From contig CAKQBW010000002.1 in the NCBI GenBank assembly GCA_934216505.1, positions 9,082 to 73,081 on the forward strand: a DNA stretch of 64,000 nt. Direction: 5' to 3'. A program made the position numbers and the translations under genes. The DNA is from an uncultured Alphaproteobacteria bacterium. Lineage in GTDB: Bacteria; Pseudomonadota; Alphaproteobacteria; CAAHEQ01; UBA3637. Shown here piece after piece: positions 1 through 10,219 of this stretch; positions within the stretch are counted from its first letter, which is position 1; each line of letters begins with the position of its first letter. Below the pieces are notes generated by a model that searched no databases, was not told the origin of the DNA, and saw only the letters and a list, made by a program, of their open reading frames with translations.

Positions 1-656
1 ATTTGTTGTAAAGAAGAGGCGGATACCCCTGCCATCACGCTGCGGTCCGAAGTGGCCTTTCCCCCTGACCCCGACCAATCCCCCCCCGAAATATACACTT
101 TTCCCACAGGGGTCGGCACATATAACTTTTTGGGGTGAGCGATGCCTGCCTCAGACAAAATTTGACGATTCAAAAAAGAATGAATCAATTTATGAAAAGG
201 CATCTCGGGAATTAAAATCAAATTATCTTCCTTCAACTTTCCCCCGTACAACAAAGGCGTTTTTATATGGACCGTCCAATTGGCGGGCAAAAAACCTTTG
301 CCGATATAAAAAATACTTTCTTCGGATAAATCCGCCGCCCGTAAATCATTTAAATAATTTTGGGATAGTTCCTTTAAAAAATCTGTCCGCAGTTGAACAA
401 AATCATGGTGAAATTGTGTTTCGTTCAAAGTGTAGGGAGTATAAGGGGCCTCAAACAAATCCATATTTGAAAAGTTTTCATTTTGAAATAAATTCACCCA
501 GTAATCTTGACCTTTTTCCTCACTCATTAAATCGTCCATCAAACCGTCCTCTAACTCGCTTTTTTGCGTTTGAGGATTGGGCTGAGCCACCAACTGGTCC
601 CAGTTGTCAAACACTTCATCGCCGTTCAATTCTGTCAAATCATTCGGATGGGTCAT
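1..656 (-). CDS. Hypothetical protein, partial (C-terminus runs off the window start). Its ATG at 654-656 overlaps the virD4 stop by 17 nt.
   Basis: My hand translation of the minus strand gives an open frame from 656 down to position 1 with no stop, beginning MTHPNDLTELNGDEVFDNWDQLVAQPNPQ. It is absent from the ORF track, presumably because it is truncated by the window edge. It sits downstream of and overlapping virD4, so it is probably co-transcribed. I recognise no domain. Confidence 0.4.
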   Translation of the reverse strand, partial: MTHPNDLTELNGDEVFDNWDQLVAQPNPQTQKSELEDGLMDDLMSEEKGQDYWVNLFQNENFSNMDLFEAPYTPYTLNETQFHHDFVQLRTDFLKELSQNYLNDLRAADLSEESIFYIGKGFLPANWTVHIKTPLLYGGKLKEDNLILIPEMPFHKLIHSFLNRQILSEAGIAHPKKLYVPTPVGKVYISGGDWSGSGGKATSDRSVMAGVSASSLQQ

Positions 657-2985
657 CGGATTCCTTTACAGGCAAAGAGGGGGGATCAAAAACAGGGGCT
701 TGAGTGGGGGGCGCAAAGGTCGGGACAGCCTCTTGTTCCTCATTCAAAGCCATATCGTGGTCCAACATCGCCGATTCAGGGGCCGCTAATCCTGATGAAT
801 TTTGGGCATATTCCAGTTGAGGCGTCATCGCCCCTTCGGTCAGCATTTGTTGATTTTCTTCCACGGGGCGGCGCGCCACAATCCAACTGGGCACAAAAGG
901 TGCCGGGGGCAAAGACGCTTGTTTTAAAAACTTTTTATCCAAAAAATAACGGGGCGCATCGGCCAAAATAGGGTGCGATAAATTACTTTGGACCAAAACA
1001 TATTGTTTGGAGGGATCTAAACTTAAAATATCCGCCGCACTCACCACATCTGTTTTTTGTAATTGACGGCTGACATTCGTGCCACCGCCGCCGCTGCTAG
1101 GTTTATCCGAAAACATTCCCTTTAAATCAAAGCCATTTTCTTGCTTAGAGGTACTTTTGACTTCAATGGTTTTAGACCCAATCATCTTTACAAAACGTTC
1201 CGCCGTTTGGTCGTTGTTTTGGGACAAAATAATTTTCGCCGCTGTGGTGGAAATAATGGTTTCCATATCGTCTTTTCCGTATTGCGCCGAAATCTGACCA
1301 AAATCCTGACCAATCAACAGGTACGCTACCTTTTGTCCCCGCCCCACGGCGGGTCCATTTTTCACACAATCCAACTTGGGCATTTGGGGAAATTCGTCCA
1401 ACACAAACAAGACAGGATAAGGGCCTGTTTTTTGTCCATCAGACCCTTTAAAATTCGGGGGATTCGCAATTAAAAATGAACTCAACAATTCCACAAAAAT
1501 CCCCGTAATACTATTCAAGGCTTTAGCATCTACCTGGTTAATAGACAAATAAACCGAAACGGGACGCATTTTATTGACCGTTGGATCAACCATGCCCCGC
1601 AAATCACGATAGGAAATATCACTGAACTTCGTGCGTTCTTTAACCGCAGCATTCTTAAAGATACTGATCCCCGCCAACGCTGTAGATAAAATAGACCCCC
1701 GTTCTTTATCAGGTGTGGTCGCCAACTGATTCAATTCAGTGACCGCCCGCCGTGCATACGCATAGCGATTGGCTTCATTGGCTGCCGCATCTAACACATC
1801 TTTCATGGGGTCCGCCATCATGGCCATTTGATCGCCTTCGTCCGTTCGGCGTTTAATGTCCGCCGCACACCGCATTTGCATATCCGTCAGCCATTCCAAA
1901 ATCATGGAAATACAGGCTTCATGCCCGTGCCAAATTTCGGGCAATCCTTCCCAAGTACCCACAGGGGCATAGTTATTCAAAGACAGTTGGCCTTTTTTTA
2001 ACGCGTCCAAGGCCAACAACGCACTTTGGTCCGCCATATCGGCATAGTAAGTCGCCAAAATCTGAGCATCTTCCGCATCAAAAGACCCTTCCTGTAATTT
2101 ATTCACAAAGTAGTCATTCGCCCGAGCCCGTTCGCATTTGCTGGCAATAAAATGCAAAAAGCCCGTCATCGCATTACGCCCCGTTTTAGACCAGTGGGGA
2201 TCTTGGCCGCCTTTGGGTTCTTCCACCAAAACCGCCACCATAGAATCAATATACATATCCCGCGCAGGCCCCAATGGAGGCAACAAGTTCGGCGACAAAG
2301 GATTCCACGAAGGATAATAAATGCCTTTTTCGGGATCGTCCTGCGCCCCCCAATTGATGACAAAAACAGGCCCCACTTTCGCCCGTGCGCCTGAGGTCTT
2401 TTCCGCCAACTCAGGCTTCACATCATTGACGATAATACTCATCGTATCAGATTCAAAAATCGTGGGGACAACCACCCCTGCTGTTTTACCCGCCCCAGGA
2501 GGCGCCAACGCCAACACAGATAAAGTTTCATTCAACTTCATCAACTTGCCTTTAAACCGCCCCAAGACAATACAAAACCCATTGAACAGGTTCATTTTTT
2601 TAATATCTTCATAGGTGGCCAACCGCCCATTCCCAAACACCGTGGAAAGTTGCCCATACGGGTTCGTTAAAATACCGATAATCGCAATAGAAAACAACGC
2701 TATAAACGGCAAAAAAGGAAGGTAGAGAGCCAGACTGCTTGGCGCCGAAGAATTGGAAAGATACGCAAACCAATTCACATAAACCCGCAACAAAAACACT
2801 GGTTGCGTCAAATCAAAGACCCCTTTAAAAAAGCGAGCCACTTCGGATAAAGGATACCCTGAAATGACATACATCAAAGGGAAGACCAAGATGGACCCCA
2901 ACCACCAACAAAAAATCCCCAACAAAACCGAATACACATTGCGCTTGGTATGTTTATTTTTCTCATCATATTGATTATCAGCCAT
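640..2985 (-). CDS. virD4: Type IV secretion coupling protein, VirD4/TraG family
   Basis: N-terminal TM helices; Walker A LALAPPGAGKTAGVVVPT; family-typical Walker B/LDEF motif PVLFVLDEFPQMPKLD; 781 aa with an acidic Pro-rich C-terminal tail. Confidence 0.85.
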   Translation of the reverse strand: MADNQYDEKNKHTKRNVYSVLLGIFCWWLGSILVFPLMYVISGYPLSEVARFFKGVFDLTQPVFLLRVYVNWFAYLSNSSAPSSLALYLPFLPFIALFSIAIIGILTNPYGQLSTVFGNGRLATYEDIKKMNLFNGFCIVLGRFKGKLMKLNETLSVLALAPPGAGKTAGVVVPTIFESDTMSIIVNDVKPELAEKTSGARAKVGPVFVINWGAQDDPEKGIYYPSWNPLSPNLLPPLGPARDMYIDSMVAVLVEEPKGGQDPHWSKTGRNAMTGFLHFIASKCERARANDYFVNKLQEGSFDAEDAQILATYYADMADQSALLALDALKKGQLSLNNYAPVGTWEGLPEIWHGHEACISMILEWLTDMQMRCAADIKRRTDEGDQMAMMADPMKDVLDAAANEANRYAYARRAVTELNQLATTPDKERGSILSTALAGISIFKNAAVKERTKFSDISYRDLRGMVDPTVNKMRPVSVYLSINQVDAKALNSITGIFVELLSSFLIANPPNFKGSDGQKTGPYPVLFVLDEFPQMPKLDCVKNGPAVGRGQKVAYLLIGQDFGQISAQYGKDDMETIISTTAAKIILSQNNDQTAERFVKMIGSKTIEVKSTSKQENGFDLKGMFSDKPSSGGGGTNVSRQLQKTDVVSAADILSLDPSKQYVLVQSNLSHPILADAPRYFLDKKFLKQASLPPAPFVPSWIVARRPVEENQQMLTEGAMTPQLEYAQNSSGLAAPESAMLDHDMALNEEQEAVPTFAPPTQAPVFDPPSLPVKESDDPSE

Positions 2986-4102
2986 TTACTTTCTCCCCAC
3001 AATTAAATAATTCATTGATTTTTGTTAAAAATTCGGGACGAGCGGGTGTTTGTGGATCCTTTAAAACCTCCGCCACTGTGGGTAATTCCACAGGCCCCCC
3101 AACTTCCGTCCGACACACAACCACCCCTAAGTCATTCCAAGTTTTTAACATATCTTCCGCATTGATTAAATTTCCCCGCCGCTCAATTAAAACAGGGTGA
3201 ATTTGAACCGCGTCGTCCCCTATTTTTTCCGCCATTTGTTTTTGGAGTTGCTTTAATTCAAACACAGGGGAAACCCGATGGTCTGTTTCCGAAAACCACA
3301 GCGGATTTTCTTCATTAAAGGCTTCTTCATCGGCCAACCAATCACCCGTTTCTTCATCATAAAAAGCCACCCATAATTGATTGTCCGCTACCCCCAGCCA
3401 ATCCACTTTTTTATCCCCCACCTTTACATTCATCAAAGGACGATAGCCCGCATGAGTCAATTCCGCCGAAATGTCTTCATTCACCGATTCAATTTGAGGC
3501 AATTCCACTTCGCTTAAAGGAATTTCCGCCATTTCTTTAAAATCTCCCTCAGCATTGAAAGGAGGCCCTTCTTGCGATGAAAGAGATTGTTTTTCAGGAG
3601 GATGTTCTTTTTGCCATTGAGCTTGAGCCTGTTCCAATTGGAAAGGTTGAGATTTGGGCATTTGCATCAAACCAAAACCGCCCCCCGTCTGCGTCATTTT
3701 AGCGGGACGTTGCAACGATGGGTTTTGGGCCACCACAGGGGCGGCCTTAGGACCGTTTTCCAACGCCCGTTCAGGAGCACGCCGATAAATTCTTTTCACC
3801 CCCCGTTTCGTATAATGATAGCCCCGCTTCACAAAACTGAGCCAAAAGACCTTATTCGCCAAATACCAAAATAAACAAAAAACAGGGCCCGCCAAGATAA
3901 AGGAAATCAAGAAAATCCAATCACCTATATTGGATAAACGCCACCCTGACCGAAACTCATTAAAAACAAAACGCCACGAACTAAAAGAAAACAATTCAAA
4001 ACGCCAATTGATGTAAAGGTATCCTTTAAACCACCATCCAAAAAACAGCAGCCAAACAACCACCCCTATACAAATTGTTCGTTTTGCGATTCTCATGCGC
4101 AT
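2978..4102 (-). CDS. Hypothetical membrane protein (N-terminal TM helices, hydrophilic acidic C-terminal domain), translationally coupled to virD4
   Basis: 374-aa ORF whose stop overlaps the virD4 start by 8 nt. It begins with 2-3 hydrophobic segments, then a Gln/Glu-rich domain. I recognise no motif. It sits where rvh systems usually have virB11, but it has no Walker A. Confidence 0.5.
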   Translation of the reverse strand: MRMRIAKRTICIGVVVWLLFFGWWFKGYLYINWRFELFSFSSWRFVFNEFRSGWRLSNIGDWIFLISFILAGPVFCLFWYLANKVFWLSFVKRGYHYTKRGVKRIYRRAPERALENGPKAAPVVAQNPSLQRPAKMTQTGGGFGLMQMPKSQPFQLEQAQAQWQKEHPPEKQSLSSQEGPPFNAEGDFKEMAEIPLSEVELPQIESVNEDISAELTHAGYRPLMNVKVGDKKVDWLGVADNQLWVAFYDEETGDWLADEEAFNEENPLWFSETDHRVSPVFELKQLQKQMAEKIGDDAVQIHPVLIERRGNLINAEDMLKTWNDLGVVVCRTEVGGPVELPTVAEVLKDPQTPARPEFLTKINELFNCGEKVNG

Positions 4103-4183
4103 TCCTTTTAGTCTTTAACCACGTCTATTATACAAAAAAATATGGCTTTTGACTAGAAAAAAATGCGCTTTTAAAAAAAATAT

Positions 4184-4465
4184 TCAAGCCTGTTGCAAAA
4201 CAACATTTGGATTAAATGTTTTGGCCCCATTTTCTTGACGATGTTCATATTGATTCAGGACAAAACGAAAATAAGTCAGCACAAACAAACGAGTCGCCGC
4301 CGATAATCCCGAAGCCCCCTTAGTCGTATCAATCTTGGAACATAATTGGTGAATCGTGATGCCTTCCCGTGTGCAAATGTCCGACAAAGAAATCCAAGTT
4401 TCACGGTCTAAACGCATACTGGTTCTGCGGCCATTGACAATTACATTTTTACAAACCAACATCAT
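4184..4465 (-). CDS. Ribbon-helix-helix domain protein (RHH_4/COG4321-like)
   Basis: 93 aa; segment RTSMRLDRETWISLSDICTREGITIHQLCSKID matches the RHH_4 pattern. It lies 82 nt upstream of the TM-protein/virD4 operon on the same strand. Confidence 0.6.
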   Translation of the reverse strand: MMLVCKNVIVNGRRTSMRLDRETWISLSDICTREGITIHQLCSKIDTTKGASGLSAATRLFVLTYFRFVLNQYEHRQENGAKTFNPNVVLQQA

Positions 4466-4582
4466 TTTCTCCTTTCTTTTTATGATGAAATATAATATAC
4501 TTATATTTTATAGGTACAAAAGTATAAAAGTGCAACCTTTAAATGTATTGAAATAAAAAAATATACAACTAATTGGTGTAGA

Positions 4583-5116
4583 ATGAAAAGAAAAGAAGCG
4601 CCCAAAAAAAGACTGCATAACTGTGATTTTCCTGGCTGTCCTGAGGCAGGTGAGTTCCGTGCCCCTAAGGACAGGACCTTGCGGTCGCATTATTGGTTTT
4701 GCCAAAAACATGTGGCGGAATACAACAAAAACTGGGACTTTTTAAAGGGGCTTTCGCCTGATGAAATTGAACAACAACTGCAAAACGATGTGGTTTGGCA
4801 ACGTCCCACTTGGAAGTTGGGCGACCACAAAGCCAACCCCAAATTTTCAGACCCTTTTGATGTCTTTCGGGAAGAACGCTTGGGAATGGACGGCGGGTAT
4901 AATCCCCCTCCTTCTCAACAAAAATACCCCCCAAAAGTGGCGCAGGCCATGAGTTTTATGGAACTCACTTTTCCTTTAAAAGCCGAAGAGTTAAAAAAGC
5001 AATATAAAAAGTTGGCCAAAAAATATCACCCAGATCTTTCCAAAAAAGAAGCCTCTCTTTTTCAAAAACTGGGGGATGCCTATCACACTTTACAGGATTA
5101 TTTAAAGACGCATTGA
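4583..5116 (+). CDS. J-domain protein with N-terminal Cys/His zinc-ribbon-like segment
   Basis: C-terminal J domain ELKKQYKKLAKKYHPDLSKKEASLFQKLGDAYHTLQD (HPD motif); N-terminal CDFPGCPEAGEF...HYWFCQKH; ATG at 4583. Confidence 0.65.
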   Translation: MKRKEAPKKRLHNCDFPGCPEAGEFRAPKDRTLRSHYWFCQKHVAEYNKNWDFLKGLSPDEIEQQLQNDVVWQRPTWKLGDHKANPKFSDPFDVFREERLGMDGGYNPPPSQQKYPPKVAQAMSFMELTFPLKAEELKKQYKKLAKKYHPDLSKKEASLFQKLGDAYHTLQDYLKTH

Positions 5117-5164
5117 GGCATGAAAAAATCCCCACCTTTCACAGCGGGGATTGCACGAGCCCTT

Positions 5165-8100
5165 TTATTCTTTGGGCGTTGTCGCCTCCACCGCCAACTG
5201 TTTCGCCGTTTGGTAATCAAATTTCCCTGTTCCCAACACAGGGGCTTCTTTGACCACCACAATCGTATGCGGTAAGCCCAGTTCCGTCATGCCTGTTTCT
5301 TTATACAGGCGAATCAAAGCATCTTTGGTTATAGCGGGTTCTGTGGTAATCAACACAATCTTTTCGCCTTTTTTCTCATCAGGCAAATTCACCGCCCCCA
5401 AAAGAGCCTCAGGCCATTGTTTCGCAATCGTTTGTTCCACGGCGGTTAAAGACACCATCTCGCCCCCGATTTTGGCAAAACGCTTGCACCGCCCTTTAAT
5501 AAAGATAAACCCATCTTCATCAATATCCACAATATCCCCTGTATCATACCACCCATCCTTGGGAGGCTCTAACACCCCTGGGTCTGTTGAGCGCATATAA
5601 CCTTGCATAATGTTGGGGCCTTTCAGGTACAGTTCCCCGCCTTGGGCAATACCATCTACTTTTTTCAAACGATATTCCATACGGGGCAATAACCGTCCCA
5701 CCGAATCCTTTCTTTGGTGCAAGAAAGTATTGACCGCCACGAAAGGCGAACATTCTGTGGCACCATAGCCTTCAAATAAGCGGACGCCAAATTTTTCCTG
5801 CCATACCTTGCGGGTTTCTTCTTTAATTTTTTCGGCCCCACCCGCCACAATGCGCAGGCTGTTAAAATCATAGGGATTTGCACAACGGGCATACGCCGAC
5901 AAGAAAGTGTCTGTGGCAAAAAAGACGGTGGCCCGAATACTGGCCGCTATTTCGGGAATAATCCGATAGTGCAACGGTGTAGGGTACAAAAATGTTTTGA
6001 CCCCCAACATCATGGGCACTAAGGTCCCTGCCCCCAGCCCAAAGGAATGGAACAACGGCAAGCAATTCAAAAAGACATCATTGCGGAATAAATCAAACCG
6101 CGCATAGACCTGATAGCAATTCGCCAGTAAATTTTCATGGCTTAAGAAAACCGCTTTGGGGAATCCTTCAGACCCTGAGGTAAATAAAATCACCGCTGTG
6201 TCTTTGGGATTCACTTTTCCCGCCGTCTTTTGATAAACAAACCTCGGGAAAAGCGCCCCCATCATTCCTTGCACTTTATCCCGCAAAGTCAGAGTTGATT
6301 TTAAATCTTCCAAATACACCACCTGAATCCCATTATGGGTCAGTTCGTCTATCAGGGGTTCCAACTTGGCCAACTGAACGACTTTATGGGCCGTGATAAC
6401 GGTATGAATGCCCACCGTGGTACAGGTGCTTAAAACCGCTTTAGGACCCGAAGTAAAGTTTATCATCGCCGGCGTCTTTCCATAGGCCTGAAGCCCCAAA
6501 AAGGCATACACAGACGCCGCCGAAGTGGGCATCATCAACCCCACCCTTTGTTCTTTGGGCAATCTTTTGTGCATCAAGGCCCCCAAGATAAAACTTTTCA
6601 AAAACACAGACGCATACGTTTGCGCATGGCGGGCGGTATCATCCAACACACGGAACAAACGGCCCCGCATTTTCATGGCGTCTGCAATCGCCTGAAACAC
6701 TGTCCGATTTTTATCATAACTGTCAAAGGTCATATTCGCAATAACATCATACAATTTGGAAGACGACCGCATGCGCTGTTCACGGGTGGGCATAGAATCA
6801 GGGTATTTAAATTTCACAGGGGGTAAAATGGTCAAAGTGATTTTTGGAAACCATTGAAACCACGCTTTTTTACCCAACACACGGGATCCAAAGGTATGGG
6901 CCGCCCCCTTGATACAGATAGGCACCACAGGGGCTTCTCCCTTTAACGCCATCATCGCTGAGCCTTCGTAAATTTTCAAGCGTGTATTGCCGCCTTCTAA
7001 CAAACCGCCATTAAAAATCATACAGGTTTTATTTTGACGCAATTCTTCCACCATCGCTTTAACGGCAAAAGGGCTGACAGGATCCAAGGGCCGCAAATCC
7101 ACCAAGTTCGTCATAAACTTCACAATTGTTTTTTCCAACAATTTATTATTGATAGAAAACACAATCTGACGATCCACAAAAGCGGACACCAATAACACAT
7201 CCATAAAACTGGTATGGTTGGCCACAATCAAACATCTTTGTCCTTTTTCGGGTAAATTTTCCAAGCCTTTGACTTCCACCTTAAACAACTTTTTCAAGGC
7301 TTTTTTAAAAAAGGTCCGTCTTTGGTTCAATGGCAGCAAGCGGGCAAAGTACAACGAAATGATCAGATTTACCACCGCAAAAAAAGTAATGATTGTTGTC
7401 AAATGGATAGACAGCAATTTTAACGCAAAAATTAGGGCAAATGAAATCGCCAAGAAAAGCGCATTTAACAAACCACTGAACGAAAACAAACGTCCCATCA
7501 CTTTGGGATTATTTTTCATTTGCAACAAACTGTAAAATGGAATGATATACAACGCCGACAACACCCCCAACAAAACCACATCCGCCATGACGACCCAATA
7601 GCCCCCATGGGTTGTTAAAAGTTTAAAAATTGTCAAAGATTTTGCCACAGGTAAGGCCGCCAAAGAAGAACTGGTCCAAGCCAACACCAACAGCAACACG
7701 CTCATCAACGCCCCGACCCATACAGCCTGAGACCCCAGACGTTTGCGAGTGGTACGCACACAAATGACTGACCCAATCATATAGCCCACAGGAAACAACA
7801 CCCCAGACAAAAAGACCACCACAGACCAACGCGCCTGTAAAATATTTTGGGTATAAGAAGATGACAGCATCCCCAACAGACTCATCATCACCCAAAACCA
7901 AGCAATCCCCACCAGATACGCCCAATCGTCAAATTTATATTGCAATTCTTTGGAAATAAAATCAAATACATGCAACGGATTTTTGACAACCTTTGTTTCG
8001 GGTTCAGCGGGATTTTGAGATGGTAAAAGACAGGTAATCAACAATCCCAAGCAAGACAGCCCCATTGCCGACAAACACACCCATTCCAAACTCACCCCAA

Positions 8101-8587
8101 ATTTCACATGCGCCATCAACATTAAAGCAGACGCCCCAATTCCCAATAAAGAAGCCACTTTTATCAAAGCGTTGGCTTTCACCAATCCTTTTTCATTCAC
8201 CAAAGACGGCATCAACGAATAATCGGCCACCCGCACACAGGCCCCGATAAAGCCGAGCCCCCCCATAATCGCCAACAACACCCAACGGGAAGACAAAGAA
8301 ATCCCCCCTAAGGTCAAAAGCAACGCCACCACTTCAATCACCCGACAGGATAACAAAAATTTCTTTTTGGAAATTTTATCGGCCACCTGCCCCGCAATCG
8401 TACTGCCCGCACAAAAAGATAAAGCGTACAGGATAACCCCCGCAATCACAAAACCTTCCCCCGCTTGGGTTAGCCCATAGGTCGCCATAAACAAAAACAA
8501 GGTACGCATAAAACTATCATTAATCGACGAAAAAAAGTGAGACACCAGCAACGGCATAAAACTTTTATTTAATAAAACATGGGACAT
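5165..8587 (-). CDS. aas: Tri-domain fusion: MFS lysophospholipid transporter (LplT-like) + 1-acyl-glycerol-phosphate acyltransferase (PlsC-like) + acyl-ACP synthetase (AMP-binding); Aas-like
   Basis: The N-terminal ~420 aa has 12 predicted TM helices typical of MFS. The middle has an acyltransferase HxxxxD region (IVANHTSFMDVLL). The C-terminal part has AMP-binding motifs (FTSGSEGFPKAV, YGATE, GWYDTGD). The likely true start is the ATG at 8585-8587 (MSHVLLNK), which has a GGAG RBS; the ORF track extends it to 8650. Confidence 0.8.
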   Translation of the reverse strand: MSHVLLNKSFMPLLVSHFFSSINDSFMRTLFLFMATYGLTQAGEGFVIAGVILYALSFCAGSTIAGQVADKISKKKFLLSCRVIEVVALLLTLGGISLSSRWVLLAIMGGLGFIGACVRVADYSLMPSLVNEKGLVKANALIKVASLLGIGASALMLMAHVKFGVSLEWVCLSAMGLSCLGLLITCLLPSQNPAEPETKVVKNPLHVFDFISKELQYKFDDWAYLVGIAWFWVMMSLLGMLSSSYTQNILQARWSVVVFLSGVLFPVGYMIGSVICVRTTRKRLGSQAVWVGALMSVLLLVLAWTSSSLAALPVAKSLTIFKLLTTHGGYWVVMADVVLLGVLSALYIIPFYSLLQMKNNPKVMGRLFSFSGLLNALFLAISFALIFALKLLSIHLTTIITFFAVVNLIISLYFARLLPLNQRRTFFKKALKKLFKVEVKGLENLPEKGQRCLIVANHTSFMDVLLVSAFVDRQIVFSINNKLLEKTIVKFMTNLVDLRPLDPVSPFAVKAMVEELRQNKTCMIFNGGLLEGGNTRLKIYEGSAMMALKGEAPVVPICIKGAAHTFGSRVLGKKAWFQWFPKITLTILPPVKFKYPDSMPTREQRMRSSSKLYDVIANMTFDSYDKNRTVFQAIADAMKMRGRLFRVLDDTARHAQTYASVFLKSFILGALMHKRLPKEQRVGLMMPTSAASVYAFLGLQAYGKTPAMINFTSGPKAVLSTCTTVGIHTVITAHKVVQLAKLEPLIDELTHNGIQVVYLEDLKSTLTLRDKVQGMMGALFPRFVYQKTAGKVNPKDTAVILFTSGSEGFPKAVFLSHENLLANCYQVYARFDLFRNDVFLNCLPLFHSFGLGAGTLVPMMLGVKTFLYPTPLHYRIIPEIAASIRATVFFATDTFLSAYARCANPYDFNSLRIVAGGAEKIKEETRKVWQEKFGVRLFEGYGATECSPFVAVNTFLHQRKDSVGRLLPRMEYRLKKVDGIAQGGELYLKGPNIMQGYMRSTDPGVLEPPKDGWYDTGDIVDIDEDGFIFIKGRCKRFAKIGGEMVSLTAVEQTIAKQWPEALLGAVNLPDEKKGEKIVLITTEPAITKDALIRLYKETGMTELGLPHTIVVVKEAPVLGTGKFDYQTAKQLAVEATTPKE

Positions 8588-8716
8588 AAATTTCTCCTTT
8601 TGTTTGTTTTTTTTAGAAAATAGCATATTTTTACATAAAAAGCAAATCAATCCCCTTCAGGGTTGAAATTTTGGCCCTTTTTTGGTATAATACATTTAAA
8701 AAGAAAGGACCAAAAA

Positions 8717-10219
8717 ATGTTGGCGACCACCTCTTCTGTTGCTTTTAGTGGCATTGATGTCTTGAAAATCACGATTGAAGTCCAAATTACCAAAGGATTG
8801 CCCAGTTTCACCATTGTGGGGTTAGCCGATAAAGCCATTGCCGAAAGTCGGGAACGGGTGCGGGCAGCATTGCATTCAGCGGGACTTTCTTTGCCCGGTA
8901 ATCATATCACAGTCAATTTGGCCCCCGCCGATGTTTTAAAAGAAGGAACGCACTATGACCTTCCCATTGCTATGGCGTTGTTGGCCGCTATGGAAGTCAT
9001 TCCCCCAGATAAACTTTTAAACACGCTGATGATGGGTGAATTGGGATTAGACGGGACAATTCGACCTGTTTCGGGGATCTTACCTGCCGCCGTTTTTGCC
9101 AACCAGATACAGGCGTCTTTTATTTGTCCTGTGGGGCAAGGGACCGAGGCCGTTTGGTCAGGTAATCCCCACATTTTGCCGGTTTCAGATTTAGTACAAC
9201 TGATGAATTATTTTCAAGGCCGTCAAGAAATTTTACCGCCTGTGGCACATTCCCTCCAAGCACCTTCTTCTTTATTGGATTTGGCCGATATTAAAGGACA
9301 AGAAAGTGCCAAAAATGCGTTAGAAATCGCCGCAATTGGCGGACACAATATGTTGATGGTCGGACCACCAGGATCGGGGAAATCTATGTTGGCCAGCCGT
9401 TTGCCCAGCATTTTACCCCCTTTGTCCGTTGAAGATATTTTACAGGTCAGCCAGATTCATTCCATTGCAGGCCTGTTAAAAGACGGTCAGTTGGTGGTTC
9501 AACGTCCCTATCGGGCCCCGCATCATAGTGCCAGCACACCCGCGATGGTCGGTGGTGGCATAAAAGCCAAGCCCGGGGAAATTTCTTTGGCCCACAAAGG
9601 TGTTTTGTTTTTGGACGAATTACCCGAATTTTCCCGTCAAACTTTAGAGGCGTTGCGCCAGCCCCTTGAGACGGGAGTTGTTTCTGTAGCACGGGCCAAT
9701 TCGCATATTACCTATCCCGCACACTTTCAATTGATTGCTGCGATGAATCCTTGTCGCTGTGGCTATTTAGGAGTTCCAGGGCGCAGTTGTTCTCGGGCGC
9801 CCCGCTGTGCCGAAGAATATCAAAGTAAAATTTCGGGCCCTTTATTGGACCGCATTGATTTACAAATTGAAGTCCCCCTCTTGTCGCCTTGGATTTTGGG
9901 ACAACTAGGCCCCAGTGAAAAATCAGCCGTTGTTTTGGAACGCGTCAAAAAAGCACGGGCTTTTCAAAAGCAACGAGGACAAAGCGTTTTAAACAGTGAA
10001 TTGGACGGCTCACAGTTAGAGCAAATTGCACACCTGAGTCAAGAGGCGCGCCAATTTTTAATCACTGTGGCCGAAAAAGTCGGCCTGTCGGGACGGGGGT
10101 TTCATCGTATGATTCGCTTGGCCCGTACGGTCGCCGATAGAGCTTTCAGTGAAGAAATTTTAAAAGAACACATGGCTCAAGCCTTGACACTACGGTTGCC
10201 AGAAAGGAGGGACACATGA
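8717..10219 (+). CDS. yifB: YifB/ComM family Mg-chelatase-like AAA+ ATPase
   Basis: Lon-protease-like N-domain followed by an AAA+ core with GPPGSGKSMLA Walker A and the C-terminal ChlI-like region; start refined to ATG 8717 (MLATTSS), which has an upstream AAGAAAGGA RBS. Confidence 0.85.
   Translation: MLATTSSVAFSGIDVLKITIEVQITKGLPSFTIVGLADKAIAESRERVRAALHSAGLSLPGNHITVNLAPADVLKEGTHYDLPIAMALLAAMEVIPPDKLLNTLMMGELGLDGTIRPVSGILPAAVFANQIQASFICPVGQGTEAVWSGNPHILPVSDLVQLMNYFQGRQEILPPVAHSLQAPSSLLDLADIKGQESAKNALEIAAIGGHNMLMVGPPGSGKSMLASRLPSILPPLSVEDILQVSQIHSIAGLLKDGQLVVQRPYRAPHHSASTPAMVGGGIKAKPGEISLAHKGVLFLDELPEFSRQTLEALRQPLETGVVSVARANSHITYPAHFQLIAAMNPCRCGYLGVPGRSCSRAPRCAEEYQSKISGPLLDRIDLQIEVPLLSPWILGQLGPSEKSAVVLERVKKARAFQKQRGQSVLNSELDGSQLEQIAHLSQEARQFLITVAEKVGLSGRGFHRMIRLARTVADRAFSEEILKEHMAQALTLRLPERRDT

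Noticed and set aside
416-971. Plus-strand ORFs 416-703, 564-971 and 604-789
   Set aside because: They are antisense to the uninterrupted minus-strand frame (1-656) and the virD4 3' end, with mutually overlapping frames; likely non-coding.
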